Position numbers and translations under genes: made by a program
The notes under the pieces: model-generated
Told to the model about the DNA's origin: nothing
Databases searched by the model: none
The model's input: the letters and a program-made list of their open reading frames with translations, nothing else
In this document: positions 1 through 10,430 of the stretch, in pieces
Layout: each line of letters starts with the position of its first letter
How positions within the stretch are numbered: position 1 is the stretch's first letter
Origin: Octopus bimaculoides
Taxonomy: Eukaryota
Reading direction: 5' to 3'
NCBI RefSeq assembly: GCF_001194135.2
Contig: NC_068987.1
Location: 81,985,682-82,036,911, forward strand
Length of the DNA: 51,230 bases

Positions 1-103
1 ACATTGAAGGACACGCATGCGTAGACACATACAATAGGAATACAAAATACAAAATGGCTGATAGTTAGCAAGGTGAGACACACATAAGAAAGAAGGAAAC
101 AAA

Positions 104-148
104 GGACCACTGAGGAGGTCACAGAAGTGTGACGAAAGAACTCTGGCC
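104..148 (+). ncRNA. Minimal type I hammerhead ribozyme-like motif
   Basis: GGACCA-CTGAGGA-G-GTCAC(agaagt)GTGAC-GAAA-GAAC-TC/TGGCC: intact core, perfect 5-bp helix II, imperfect helices I and III. Confidence 0.5.
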
Positions 149-261
149 GAAATAAGATTAAGATTAATGTAATATAAAACTGAAGCAAATTAACACCAAA
201 TATACAGTGCGTGTGTTTTTATTGGCTAAACTGGCAATATGACCATCCCCAAGTACAACAA

Positions 262-262
262 C

Positions 263-295
<33 letters not shown>

Positions 296-415
296 CACAT
301 ACATATATATATATATATATGTGTGTGTGTATATATATATGCATATATCTATACCTACATACATATATACATAAATATATACATACATATATATGCATAT
401 ATATATATATATACA
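262..415. repeat. (TA)n/(CA)n compound microsatellite
   Basis: Direct reading; source of the YI/HT/CV ORFs in the track. Confidence 0.95.
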
Positions 416-416
416 A

Positions 417-575
417 CGGGCTTCTTTCAGTTTCTGTCTACCAAATCCACTCATAAGGCTTTGGTTGGCATAAGGCTATAGTAGAAGACACTTGCCCAAG
501 GTGCCACACAGTAGGAGTGAACCCAGAATCGTGTGGCTGAGAAGCAAGCTTCTTACCACACAGCCATACTAGCAC
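417..575 (-). mobile_element. tRNA-derived SINE-A, 5' half
   Basis: Matches the multi-copy repeat ggctgtgtggtaag...ggttcagtcccactg...gaaactgaaagaagccc, which carries A/B-box-like motifs and recurs more than 10 times in the window. Confidence 0.85.
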
Positions 576-967
576 CTATATATTATATAAATTGAAGAAA
601 AATTGTTGTTGTTGAGAATTGTTTGTCGATTATATAGCCAGACATCTCCTGCCTGTATTACCTGTTATTATAAGAGTTTCAGACTCCTCTATGATCCACT
701 CATATAATGATATGGTCTGCTTGCTTCTTAACAACGTCTGTGATTAGAAAGATATACAGTGAATCTGTTATTATTTCTTCATTAATATTTTACGATTTAA
801 TGTTTGCAAGATGGCTCAGTTCACATTGGTTCATTTAAAGTACATCATTGCCCCAGGTCATCTCAATTGTATATCATGTTCTTTATCTGTTATCTCTATC
901 ACTTGTTTCAGTCTTCAGACTGTGGCCATGCTCGAGCAGTGCCTTGAAGGGTTTTAGTTGAACAAAT

Positions 968-1550
968 CATCATTATCATCATCGTTTAACGTCCACTTTC
1001 CATGCTGGTATGGGTTGGATGGTTTGACTGGGGACTGGTGAGCCAGATGGCTGCACCAGGCTCCAATCTGATCGGGCAAAGTTTCTTATTTCTTTACTAC
1101 CCACAAGGAGCTAAACATGGAGGGGACAAACAAGGACAGACAAACAGATTAAGTCGATTATATCGACTCCAGTGCATAACTGGTACTTATTTAATCGACC
1201 CCTAAAGGATGAAAGGCAAAGTTGACCTCAGTGGAATTTGAACTCAGAACGTAGCGGCAGATGAAATACTGCTAAGCATTTCGCCCAGCGTGCTAACGTT
1301 TCTGCCAGCTCACCACCTTATGGCAGAATTTCTACAACTGGATGCCCTTCCTAACGCCAACCACTCCGAGAGTGTAGTGGGTGCTTTTACGTGCCAATGG
1401 CACGAGGGCCAATCAGGTGGTATTGGCATCGGCTACGCTCAAATGGTGTTTTTACGTGTCACCTGCACAGGAGCCAGTACAGCGGCACTGGCAGTGCCCT
1501 CGCTTGAATGTCATTTTTCATGTACCACCGGCACAAGTGCCAGTAAGGCG
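968..1550 (-). mobile_element. RTE LINE 3' UTR copy interrupted by a SINE-B
   Basis: catcatcgtttaacgtcc...catgctgg..gggttgga and ctggatgcccttcctaacgcc match the 3' end of the RTE at 50543-51230. Confidence 0.75.
1096..1320 (-). mobile_element. tRNA-derived SINE-B nested in the RTE tail
   Basis: Multi-copy gagctggcagaaacgttagc...gagttcaaattcc...tttgcctttcatcc; diverged flanking repeat ggcaaagtttc/ggcagaatttc. Confidence 0.85.
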
Positions 1551-1880
1551 ACACTTATTCTATCAGTCTCTTTTGCTGCTAAGTTACATGGATGTAAACA
1601 TCCAGGAGTGGCTGTGTGGTAGGTAACTTGCTTACCAGCCACATGGTTCCGGGTTCAGTTACATGGATGTAAACAAACCAACATTGATCATCAAATTATG
1701 GGGTGGAGGGACAAACCCATACTGATCTTTCTTTTGTTCATCTTCTACTTCATGTTCCCACTTTTGTCTTTTTAACTTGCTGGGTTTGGAGAACAGGAAT
1801 AGTACCCATGTCCATTACAAGGCCCTTTAGCCCTTTATCATAGAAATTACTTTGTCAAATGTAATGCTTATTTATTCGTT

Positions 1881-2245
1881 CTTTTATTTGTTTCAGTTAT
1901 TTTGACTGCAGCCATGCTGGAGCATTGCCTTTAGTCAAACAAATTGACCCCAGACTCATTCTTTGCGAGCCCAGTACTTATTCTATCCGTCTCCTTTGCC
2001 GAACTGCCAATTTATGGGGATGTAAACACACCAACATCTGTTGTCAAGCATTGGGGCGGGGGNNNNNNNNNNACAAATACGTATATATATGACAGGCCTC
2101 CTTCAGTTTCCGTCTACCAAATCCACTCACAAGACTCTGGTCAGTTAGAGGATATAGAAGACACTTGACCAAGGTGCCATGCAGTGGGACTGAACCCGGA
2201 ACCATGTGGTTGGTAAGCAAGCTACCTACCACACAGCCACTCCTG
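1881..2245 (-). mobile_element. SINE-A, full length
   Basis: Head, central microsatellite and ccagcatggc(t/c)gcagtc tail all present. Confidence 0.9.
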
Positions 2246-2479
2246 TTTTGAATTAATCATGCATTATCCCACAGCTTTAAAATTCTGATTATGTAATAAT
2301 GTTTTTTCAGAAATGACATCAAAGGGTAGGTGTAAGAGGCTGGATTTGACTGGTTTGAACATAAAACAGAATATTTGAGCCTGATATGGTCAGTTTAAAT
2401 GCTAAAGGGTTAAACAAGAAAAGCCGGTCCCATTAATATTCCTCTTGAACCTTACCTTTATATTTCAACACCTGCAGAA

Positions 2480-2640
2480 GATATAAACAGAGAGGGATTT
2501 CCTGAGGGTGATCATTCTAGTAACTAATAATCCTTACTGGGTCTCTCGGGTCCTTCATATTTTGAAGTTGGCAGGATGTGACCTGGGTGAGGTTTGGCTG
2601 CTTCTTCTAGCAGATCAAGTGAACATGTAGATGTATAAGT
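2480..2640 (-). mobile_element. Dispersed repeat family E (unclassified), degenerate
   Basis: Reverse complement ctacatgttcacttgatctgctagaagaagcagccaaa resembles the copies at 31570-32375. Confidence 0.5.
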
Positions 2641-2774
2641 CAGTGGTAACCTGCAGCTCATGCGACTTACTGAATGGCATGTTTAACAAAAGTTACCTTC
2701 AAGTTTTTTAGTAGCGTGACCCACCTGATGAGGCATGGCCCACACAGCCCATTTCTCAAGGTTGGCCATGACCT

Positions 2775-3430
2775 TTTTATGATGATTGTGGTGGTGCTTG
2801 TGGTGACTGTGATGGTGGTGATGGTTGTGGTGGTGGTTGTGATGGTGGTGGTGGTTGTGGTAGTGGTGGTGGTGGTGGTGGTTGTGGTGTTGATTGTGGT
2901 GGTGATGGTGGTTGTAATGGTGGTGGTTGTTGTGATGGTGGTGGTGGTGGTGGTGGTGGCAGTTGTGATGATGGTGGTAGTTGTGATGGTAGTAATGGTA
3001 GTTGTGATGGTGGTGATGGTAGCAGTAGTGAAGGTGCTGGTGGTAACTGGTGGTGATGGTGGTTTTAGTTGTGGTATGGTAGTGATGTTGGTGGTGGTAG
3101 CTGTGGTTGTTGTTGATGTAGTATTGGTAGTTGTGATGGTAGTGGTGATAGTGGTGGTGGTAGTGATGGTGGTAGTGGTGGTGGTAGTGGTGGTGGTAGT
3201 GAGGGTAGTAGTTGTGGTTGTTGCTGTTGGGGTGATAGTAGTGGTAGTAGTGATAACTGTGGTTGTTGTTGTAGTTGTGCTGGTAGTGTTGTTGTTGGTA
3301 GTGGTGGTGGCAGTGGTAGTTGTGTGTTGGCAGAAGTGGTGTTATTGGTGGTGGTGCTAGAAGTAGTGTTAGTGGTGGTGTTGGTAATGGTGGTAGAGGT
3401 GGCGTTGGTGGTAGTAGTTGTTGTAAATGG
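2775..3430. repeat. (GTG/GTA/GTT)n trinucleotide low-complexity tract
   Basis: Direct reading; gives the poly-Val ORF. Confidence 0.95.
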
Positions 3431-4346
3431 TGTTGGCGATAGCGGAGGTCATAGCCTTGACAATAGAAACTGTAACAACATCAATGACAATGATGGCAAC
3501 ATTTGAACAACAATAATTCCCCATTCAAATAACATTGTCTCCAACAGATTATTCGGTGATCAGGAACAACAATATGTTTTTCTAAAATTCTAAAATTAAG
3601 TCTCATTTCTTTTTACATTCTCTTTACCAAAATTCCAAAATATCATAACTTTTAGCATTCTTTCATCTTTGTAAAAGCTGAAAACAAAATACTTTACGAA
3701 GTAACGAAAATATATTTTGCTTTTTTAAAATATTCAAAAATATATCATAAAGATAAATTATTTTTATGATAAAATCTTTTGTTTGTATTTAAGTAGTTTT
3801 TCTTCAATCAAGAAAACACAAACTTCAAAGATTTAGTTGAGAATTTAATAATTTGTTTTATTAATTTAATTTTTGCTGTTTTGAAATAGTTCCATGTTTG
3901 TGTTAAGTGAAACTGAGTGAGATAAAAGTTTTTGTACTAAGGTTTAAAATACCATTATACCTAAGCCACCGGATATATAATAATTATTTCATAATTATTT
4001 CTTTTTCAAAGTTTTCTCTTTCTTGTACATGAAATCATTTAATTTACTTTCTTTTTACCAACCCATCTAAAGACCACCCTCTGGTTCCATGATACAAAAC
4101 AACTCATTTTGAAATGTTTATATTTACATTAAAGCATTTTCTATCATGAGTTTGTGTATGAAATGTTTTCTTTAAGGTATGTTCTTAACACCATCTTTAC
4201 ACTGGACAAAAAAGTTACTTTAACAAATACTTCAAAATTCCTGATTATTTTCAAGATTTATTGGAACACACAAAACAGTGCATTTTTCAGCAGAAATATG
4301 GTAATAAAAGGTAAACGAGGATGGAAATCATAAATCATAAAATGTA

Positions 4347-5711
4347 CGAGGGTAATCCCAAAAGTAGGGTCTCCAAAAATATTTAGAAATCACAGAAACG
4401 TTATTGTCAATGTTGTTTACATCACTTTTACGCTTTTATTTGTTTCAGTCATTTGACTGCGGCCATGCTGGAGCACCGCCTTTAGTCGAGCAAATCGACC
4501 CCAGGACTTATTCTATGGAAGACTAGTACTTATTCTATCGGTCTCTTTTGCCAAACCACTAAGTTACGGGAACGTAAAAACACCACCATTGATTGTCAAG
4601 TGATGTTGGGGGTGGGGGACAAACACAGACACACACATACATATATATACATATATACGACAGGCTTCTTTAAGTTTCAATCTACCAAATCCACTCAAAA
4701 GGCTTTGGTCGTCCCAAGGCTATAGTAGAAGACACTTGCCCAAGGTGCCACACAGTAGGAATGAACCCAGAACCATGTGGTTGGTAAGCAAGCTACTTAC
4801 CACACAGCCACTCCTGCACCTATAAATAATTATAATAACTATATTTATAGCATGATTAACCCAGTGACTGAACTTCCATCCGCTTTCATACTCATTTGAT
4901 AACCAAAATATATATCCACTCACCCATTTACCCATAAAATTTTTAATTTTTTAACATTTATCTATTTTTTTTACCTAATCACCATTTCAGTCGATGCATT
5001 TTTGTAGGCTCTGGGGTAGTTTTTGTATGCCCATGTCATACCAGCTCACTGCCATGTTGTTGAGGAAGCAATGAACCTCGTCTTTCCCCTCGTCCTCATT
5101 GCTGAAGCTTGTTCCAGCCAAAATGTTCTTTCAACTTAGGGAACAAGTGGTAGTCACTGGGTGCCAAGTCCAGATTATAAGGTGGGTGGGGAATAATGTC
5201 CTGTTTATGGTCTTTGGTGAGCATTCATGGAACCCATCTTGTGCACACCTTCCAATATTGCAACTTTTCACTCAAAACCCTATGAGTGGTGCTTCGGGAA
5301 ACTTCAGGAACCAAAATGTGGAAATCATCCAGAGTGATCCGCAGATTTTCATGCAAGATTTTCTCAACTTTCATGACTGTCTTGTCGGAAATTGATGGTT
5401 GCTCACTTCTGTCTTCGTCATGAATTTCAGTACAACCAGCCGCAAACTCCCTACACCACCTGTGGATGTTCTTGACATCCATGCACAACTTACATTACAC
5501 TTCTGTTAATTGGCAATGAATTTCAATTGGTTTAATGCCTTTTGCTTTCAAAAACCAAATAACTGTGTGAACTTCACACTTGGCAGTAGCGTCAATTCAG
5601 GGGCAGGTAGAGGTGCATGCACAATACACGCAACAGTGTAGCCAATGGCCACACGTACAGTTACCCTGCGTCCCCAGCATTTTGGCGACCTTACTTTTGG
5701 GATTACCCTCG
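4347..5711 (-). mobile_element. Mariner-like DNA transposon, internally deleted and pseudogenised
   Basis: 31-bp TIRs (cgagggtaatcccaaaagta(g/a)ggtc(t/g)ccaaa, 2 mismatches), TA on both sides; minus-strand RWCREF..DEDRSEQPS..VSRSTTH..KVCTRWVP*MLT, HPPYNLDLAPSDYHLF and WYDMGIQKL..KCID*NGD. Confidence 0.9.
4432..4820 (-). mobile_element. SINE-A nested in the mariner
   Basis: Full-length family match. Confidence 0.9.
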
Positions 5712-5774
5712 TAGTTACCATTGATATTGTGAAATAGAATTAAATATAATCTTTTCTTTCTATTTATCAGTTAT

Positions 5775-5995
5775 TTTTTTATTTGTTTCCGTCATTGGTC
5801 TGTGACCATGCTGGGGCATCACCTTGAAGAATTTTAGAATGAATCGACCCCAGTACTTTTTTTTAACACGACCTGTCCCTTTTTCCAAAACACTAGGTTA
5901 TGGGGATGTAAACACACCAACATTGGTTGTCAAGTAGCAAGTGGGGATAAACACAAACACAAAGACACACATCATAATTATTTACACACACACAC
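5775..5995 (-). mobile_element. SINE-A, 3' half
   Basis: Family match. Confidence 0.8.
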
Positions 5996-6014
5996 ACACA
6001 CACAGATATGGCTG

Positions 6015-6154
6015 GTCTATGAGGTTACCCCGGGTTTCAAGCCCATAAAGCGCTTATCTTAACAGTGTTTCTTCAGACCGTAGGGCTTGGGTCTGATGAA
6101 GCACTGTAAAACTAAGCACTTTATTGGGGTGAAACCCAGGGTAAGCTCATAGAC
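6015..6154. repeat. Fold-back inverted repeat, 65-bp arms, 10-nt loop
   Basis: Arms 6015-6079 and 6090-6154 match 54/65 by hand alignment; each arm carries CTGANGA...GAAACCC.GGGTA. Confidence 0.85.
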
Positions 6155-6245
6155 TGACCACGTCTATCTATCTAGCTTTATCTGTATACTCTACTGCTCT
6201 ATAACTCAGAGTGTGCTTCTTTTTCAGATTTATGATTTACTGATG

Positions 6246-6277
<32 letters not shown>

Positions 6278-6382
6278 TATATACTTTTATAAAACAAATT
6301 TTACAAAATATATAGTATCTGNNNNNNNNNNTTATTTACATTATTTACATTTGACGATATTTGTCCTATCTTGTTTGTTGTT

Positions 6383-6428
6383 AACACAACGTTTCGGTTG
6401 ATATACCCTCCAACCTTCATCAGGTGTC
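6383..6428 (-). ncRNA. Minimal type I hammerhead ribozyme motif (Penelope-like LTR type)
   Basis: GACAC-CTGATGA-A-GGTTG(gagggtatat)CAACC-GAAA-CG-TT/GTGTT: intact core, 5-bp helices I and II, palindromic ACGT helix III. Confidence 0.75.
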
Positions 6429-6477
6429 TTGGGGAAATTTCGAACCTGGTTTCTCATTCTTAGCAGTTTGGTGTTTA

Positions 6478-6630
6478 GAAGAGCATCCAGTGACAGAAAC
6501 CATGTCAAAGGTAACAGTGGAGCTTGGTACAGTCCTCTAGTTTACCAGCTCCTGTCAAACCGTCCAACCCATGCCAGCATGGAAAATAGACATTAAACAA
6601 TGACAGCGATGACAATAACGATGACGATGA
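6478..6630 (+). mobile_element. RTE LINE 3' end, 5'-truncated
   Basis: gtccaacccatgccagcatggaaaatagacattaaac followed by a GAT-like tail. Confidence 0.7.
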
Positions 6631-6636
6631 GGATTA

Positions 6637-6886
6637 TTAAATATCCTGGTATTATGTTATTCCCATGTTAAATATTCGACATTCTTGTATTCTGTTATTC
6701 ACATCTTAAATATTCCATATTCTAGTATTTTGTTATTCTGATGTCAAATATTTGATTTTTCAAATATTCTGTTATTCACACATTAAATATTTGATATTCT
6801 AGTATTTTGTTAAACACATGTTAAATATTTGTGATTCTAGAATTTTGTTATTCACGTTAAATATTTGATATTCAAATATTCCTGTT
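6637..6886. repeat. Degenerate ~38-bp minisatellite, ~7 units
   Basis: Unit approximately ttaaatatttgatattctagtattttgttattcacatg. Confidence 0.8.
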
Positions 6887-6954
6887 AATTTGTAAAATTA
6901 GAGATTGCAATGTCAAGTAATAGAAACAGAGAGATATTTGAAATATTAATGGTC

Positions 6955-7070
6955 AGTCCCACAGCATGGCACCTTTGGGCAAGAGTCTTTTTCTATAATC
7001 TCGGGCTGACCAAAACCTTGTGGTAGATGGAAGCTGTCATGTGTGTGTGAGTGTGTGTGTGTGTCTTTGT

Positions 7071-7108
<38 letters not shown>

Positions 7109-7330
7109 TTGTACCTATGTTTGCTTTGCCCAACTTCTCGACAACTGCTGTTGGTTTGTTTACTTTCCCTATAACATAGCAGTTAGGCAAAAGAGACCAA
7201 TAGAATAAGTACCGGGCTTTAAAAAAATATAATAACTTAGATTGATTTGTTTGACTAAAAACCCCACTAAAGACGGTGCCCCAGCTTGGCAGCAGACTAA
7301 TGAGTGAAACAAGATTAAAGAAATAATAGA
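6955..7330 (+). mobile_element. SINE-A
   Basis: Family match with central (GT)n. Confidence 0.8.
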
Positions 7331-7439
7331 GTTAGTCATGGTTGAAATGTCTTTGATCATAGATTTACTCGATCAGAGCTGACCTAGGGCTGAACAGCAA
7401 CTCAATTCATAACATCACCTGGAATATTATGTTACAATG

Positions 7440-8035
7440 TAAGGTGACGAGTTGGCAGAATCGTTAGCATGCCAGGTAAAAATGCTTAGATGCATTTTAT
7501 CTGTCTTCGTGTTTTGAGTTCAAATTCTGAAGAGGTCAACTTTGCTTCTGAGTCAATAAATTAAGAACCAGCCAAGTACTGGGGTCAATGCATTTGACTT
7601 AACCCTTCCCCCAATCACTAGCGTAGCTAGAGTGTGTGCTGCTCGGAGCAGCCCTTCCATTCGCCACCCCTGGACCCCACAAAAAACTCATTTTGCCTAT
7701 AACAGACCCCAAAAATGCCTTTAAAAGTGCTGCCCTATTGACCCCACTACACTAGTGCCCCCAATATCACTGACCTTGTACCAAAGCTTGAAATCAATGT
7801 CATGTCACAATATAAGGCAAGCGAGCTGGCAGAATTGTTAAACATCAGGCAAATTGCATAACAGCATTTTGTCTGTCTTTACGCTCTGAGTTCAAATTCC
7901 ACCAAGGTCAACTTTGCCTTTCATCCTTTTGGGGTTGATTAAATAAGTACCAATTGAGTACAGGAGTCAATGTAATCAACTTAACTCCACCCCACCATCC
8001 TGAAATTGCTGGCCTTGTACCAAAATTTGAAAACA
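7440..8035 (+). mobile_element. Two head-to-tail SINE-B copies
   Basis: Heads at ~7440 and ~7815; the first is interrupted by a MITE. Confidence 0.85.
7616..7757. mobile_element. hAT-like MITE nested in SINE-B
   Basis: 11-bp TIR cactag(c/t)gtag; exact 8-bp TSD cccccaat at 7608-7615 and 7758-7765; host SINE resumes in register. Confidence 0.65.
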
Positions 8036-8049
8036 CAATTGTGTTACAA

Positions 8050-8432
8050 TGTGTGGTAAGTAGCTTGCTTACCAACCACATGGTTCTGGGTTCAGTTCCA
8101 CTGCATGGCACCTTGATCAAGTGTCTTCTGCTATAGCCTCGGGCTGACCAAAGCTTTGTGAGTGGATTTGGTAGAAGGAAACTGAAAGACGCCCATCGTA
8201 TATGTGAGTGTGTGTGTATTTGTGTGTCTGCGTTTGTCCCCCCACCATCGCTTGACAACTGATGCTGGTGTGTTTACATCCCTGTAACTTAGTGGTTCAG
8301 CAAAAAGAGACCGAAAGAATAAGTACTAGGCTTACAAAGAATAAGTCCTGGGGTCGATTTGCTTGACTAAAAAGATGGTGCTCCAGCATGGCCACAGTCA
8401 AATGACTAAAACAAATAAAAACATAAAAGAAT
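8050..8432 (+). mobile_element. SINE-A, near full length
   Basis: Family match. Confidence 0.9.
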
Positions 8433-8944
8433 AAACATAATAAAACAACAATCTTAGTTACTTTCATAGAGTGGAGATTGTGACACCTTTATACATTTGC
8501 ATCTTTTTTCCTTAAATTTCTTTCTTAATTTCACATTTCTCTTCTAATAACCATGATTACTTTCCACCCTATTAAAATGGTGCATGTTTCTAGTTTTATA
8601 GTCCAAAGTTCCCTGCCTCTTTTTATAGTTGTGGTGAGGTTCCCTGCCTCTGATGTTTCATATGATATCTCTTTATTATTGCAATTAAAATCAAACAGCT
8701 CCTTAAGCTTCTAAGTTTAGGTTTTCATTTCTAACCACAATATTCTCCCCTCTTAGTTACATCGGAATTTATGATGCACATTTAAATTATGATTCCATAC
8801 TTTATGAGATAAGAGAAGTGGCTCAGTGATCCTTGGAATTGCAAGAAATATCTGCTGAGTCTCTTCACCCCCATCCTCCCACCAAATCATACTCTACTGT
8901 CTTAAAAAGGAAAACTTTGGATAATATAGTCCTACATACACTCT

Positions 8945-9325
8945 AGAGGAGGCGCAATGGCTCAGTGGTTAGGGCAGCGGACTCGTGGTCATAGGATCGC
9001 GGTTTCGATTCCCAGACCGGGCGTTGTGAGTGTTTATTGAGCAAAAGCACCTAAAGCTCCATGAGACTCCGGCAGGGGATGGTGGCGAAGAACCCTGCTG
9101 TACTCTTTCACCACAACTTTCTCTCTCTCTTACTTCCTGTTTCTGTTTCAAAGGGTCAGCCTTGTCACACTGTGTCATGCTGAATATCCCTGAGAACTAC
9201 GTTAAGGGTACACATGTCTGTGGAGTGCTCAGCCACTTGTACGTTAATTTCACGAGCAGGCTGTTCTGTTGATTGAATCAACTGGAACCCTTGTCGTCGT
9301 AAGCGATGGAGTGCCAACAACAGCA
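8945..9325 (+). mobile_element. tRNA-derived SINE (third family) with target-site duplication
   Basis: A box TGGCTCAGTGG, B box GGTTTCGATTCCC; 11-bp TSD acatacactct at 8934-8944 and 9326-9336; CpG-rich. Confidence 0.9.
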
Positions 9326-9373
9326 ACATACACTCTGCTTTTTAGAAAAGGAAAAAATAGACATGAGAGAGGT

Positions 9374-9433
9374 GCCATCTTAAGGCCAAGGGGCCATCTT
9401 AAGGCCAAGGGGCCATCTTAAGGCCAAGGGGCC
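9374..9433. repeat. Three perfect tandem copies of a 19-mer
   Basis: gccatcttaaggccaaggg x3 plus gcc. Confidence 0.95.
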
Positions 9434-9889
9434 TATAATGCTGCTAAGATGGCTCTGTATGAAAGTCATGGTTGGGACATTTTGATTATAGGTCTACTTG
9501 GTCAGGATTGATTTGGTGCTAAAAAACAACAACAGCATCGTCATCGTCATCATTGTTGCCATCATCATTTATCTTCTCTCTTTACACCTTTTCCTCTTCA
9601 TTGTCATCACCATCACATTCTCCTCCTCCTCATCATTGTTATCATTATCACCGTCCTCCATCCTCGTCCTCTTTCCTCGTCCTCCATCCATCCTCTTCCT
9701 CCTCACCACCACCACCATCATCATCACCACATGAGCTTTCACTTTACTGTTTGTGCATCCACTGATTGGTCTGATTGTATTATAGGGTTCAAACATATAA
9801 TCTATTGAATATGGCCACCCCCATGGAACTGGTTCTTCTTCCCCCCTTCAACTCTTCTTTGGTCTTCTGCAATTCGAGAGATATATTTC

Positions 9890-10430
9890 ATCTTTCACTT
9901 GTTTCAGTCATTGAACTGTGACCATGCTGGGGCACCACCTTAAAAGGTTTTAGTTAAATAGACTGACTCCAATACTCATTTTTTAAGAGTCTGGTTCTTA
10001 ATCTAATGGTCTCTTTTGTTGTACCGCTAAGTTATGGAGATGTAAATAAACCAACACCTGTTGTTAAGGGATGGTGGGGGTACAAACCCAAACCAATCCC
10101 CCCCACAACCATGCACACACACATAAACACATACGCATAACGCACACACACAAACACACATAAACACAAACACACACACACACACACACACACACGCAAA
10201 CNNNNNNNNNNACACACACACACACACACACACGCAAACACACACACACACACACACAAATACACACACAAACACACACACAGACATGCACACACACACA
10301 TATCCAGCAAGTTTCCACACAATTTCTATCTGTTAAATTCACTCACAAGGCATTGCTCAGCTGGGGCTATAGTAAAAGATACTTGCCCAGGGTACCACAT
10401 TGTGGGACTGAACCCAGAACCATGGTTGCA
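9890..10430 (-). mobile_element. SINE-A with expanded (CA)n
   Basis: Family match. Confidence 0.8.

Larger units (their letters stand above)
8810..9535 (+). mobile_element. Repeat family E copy split by a SINE insertion
   Basis: ctactgtcttaaaaagg...ggataatatagtcct before the insert and gtcatggttgg...gctaaaaaacaacaac after it match the copies at 31570-32375. Confidence 0.6.

Noticed and set aside
6637-6886. CRISPR-like array
   Set aside because: Contiguous degenerate units without unique spacers, in eukaryotic DNA
8950-9025. Possible tRNA gene
   Set aside because: A/B boxes present, but it continues into a SINE body with TSDs and has no complete cloverleaf
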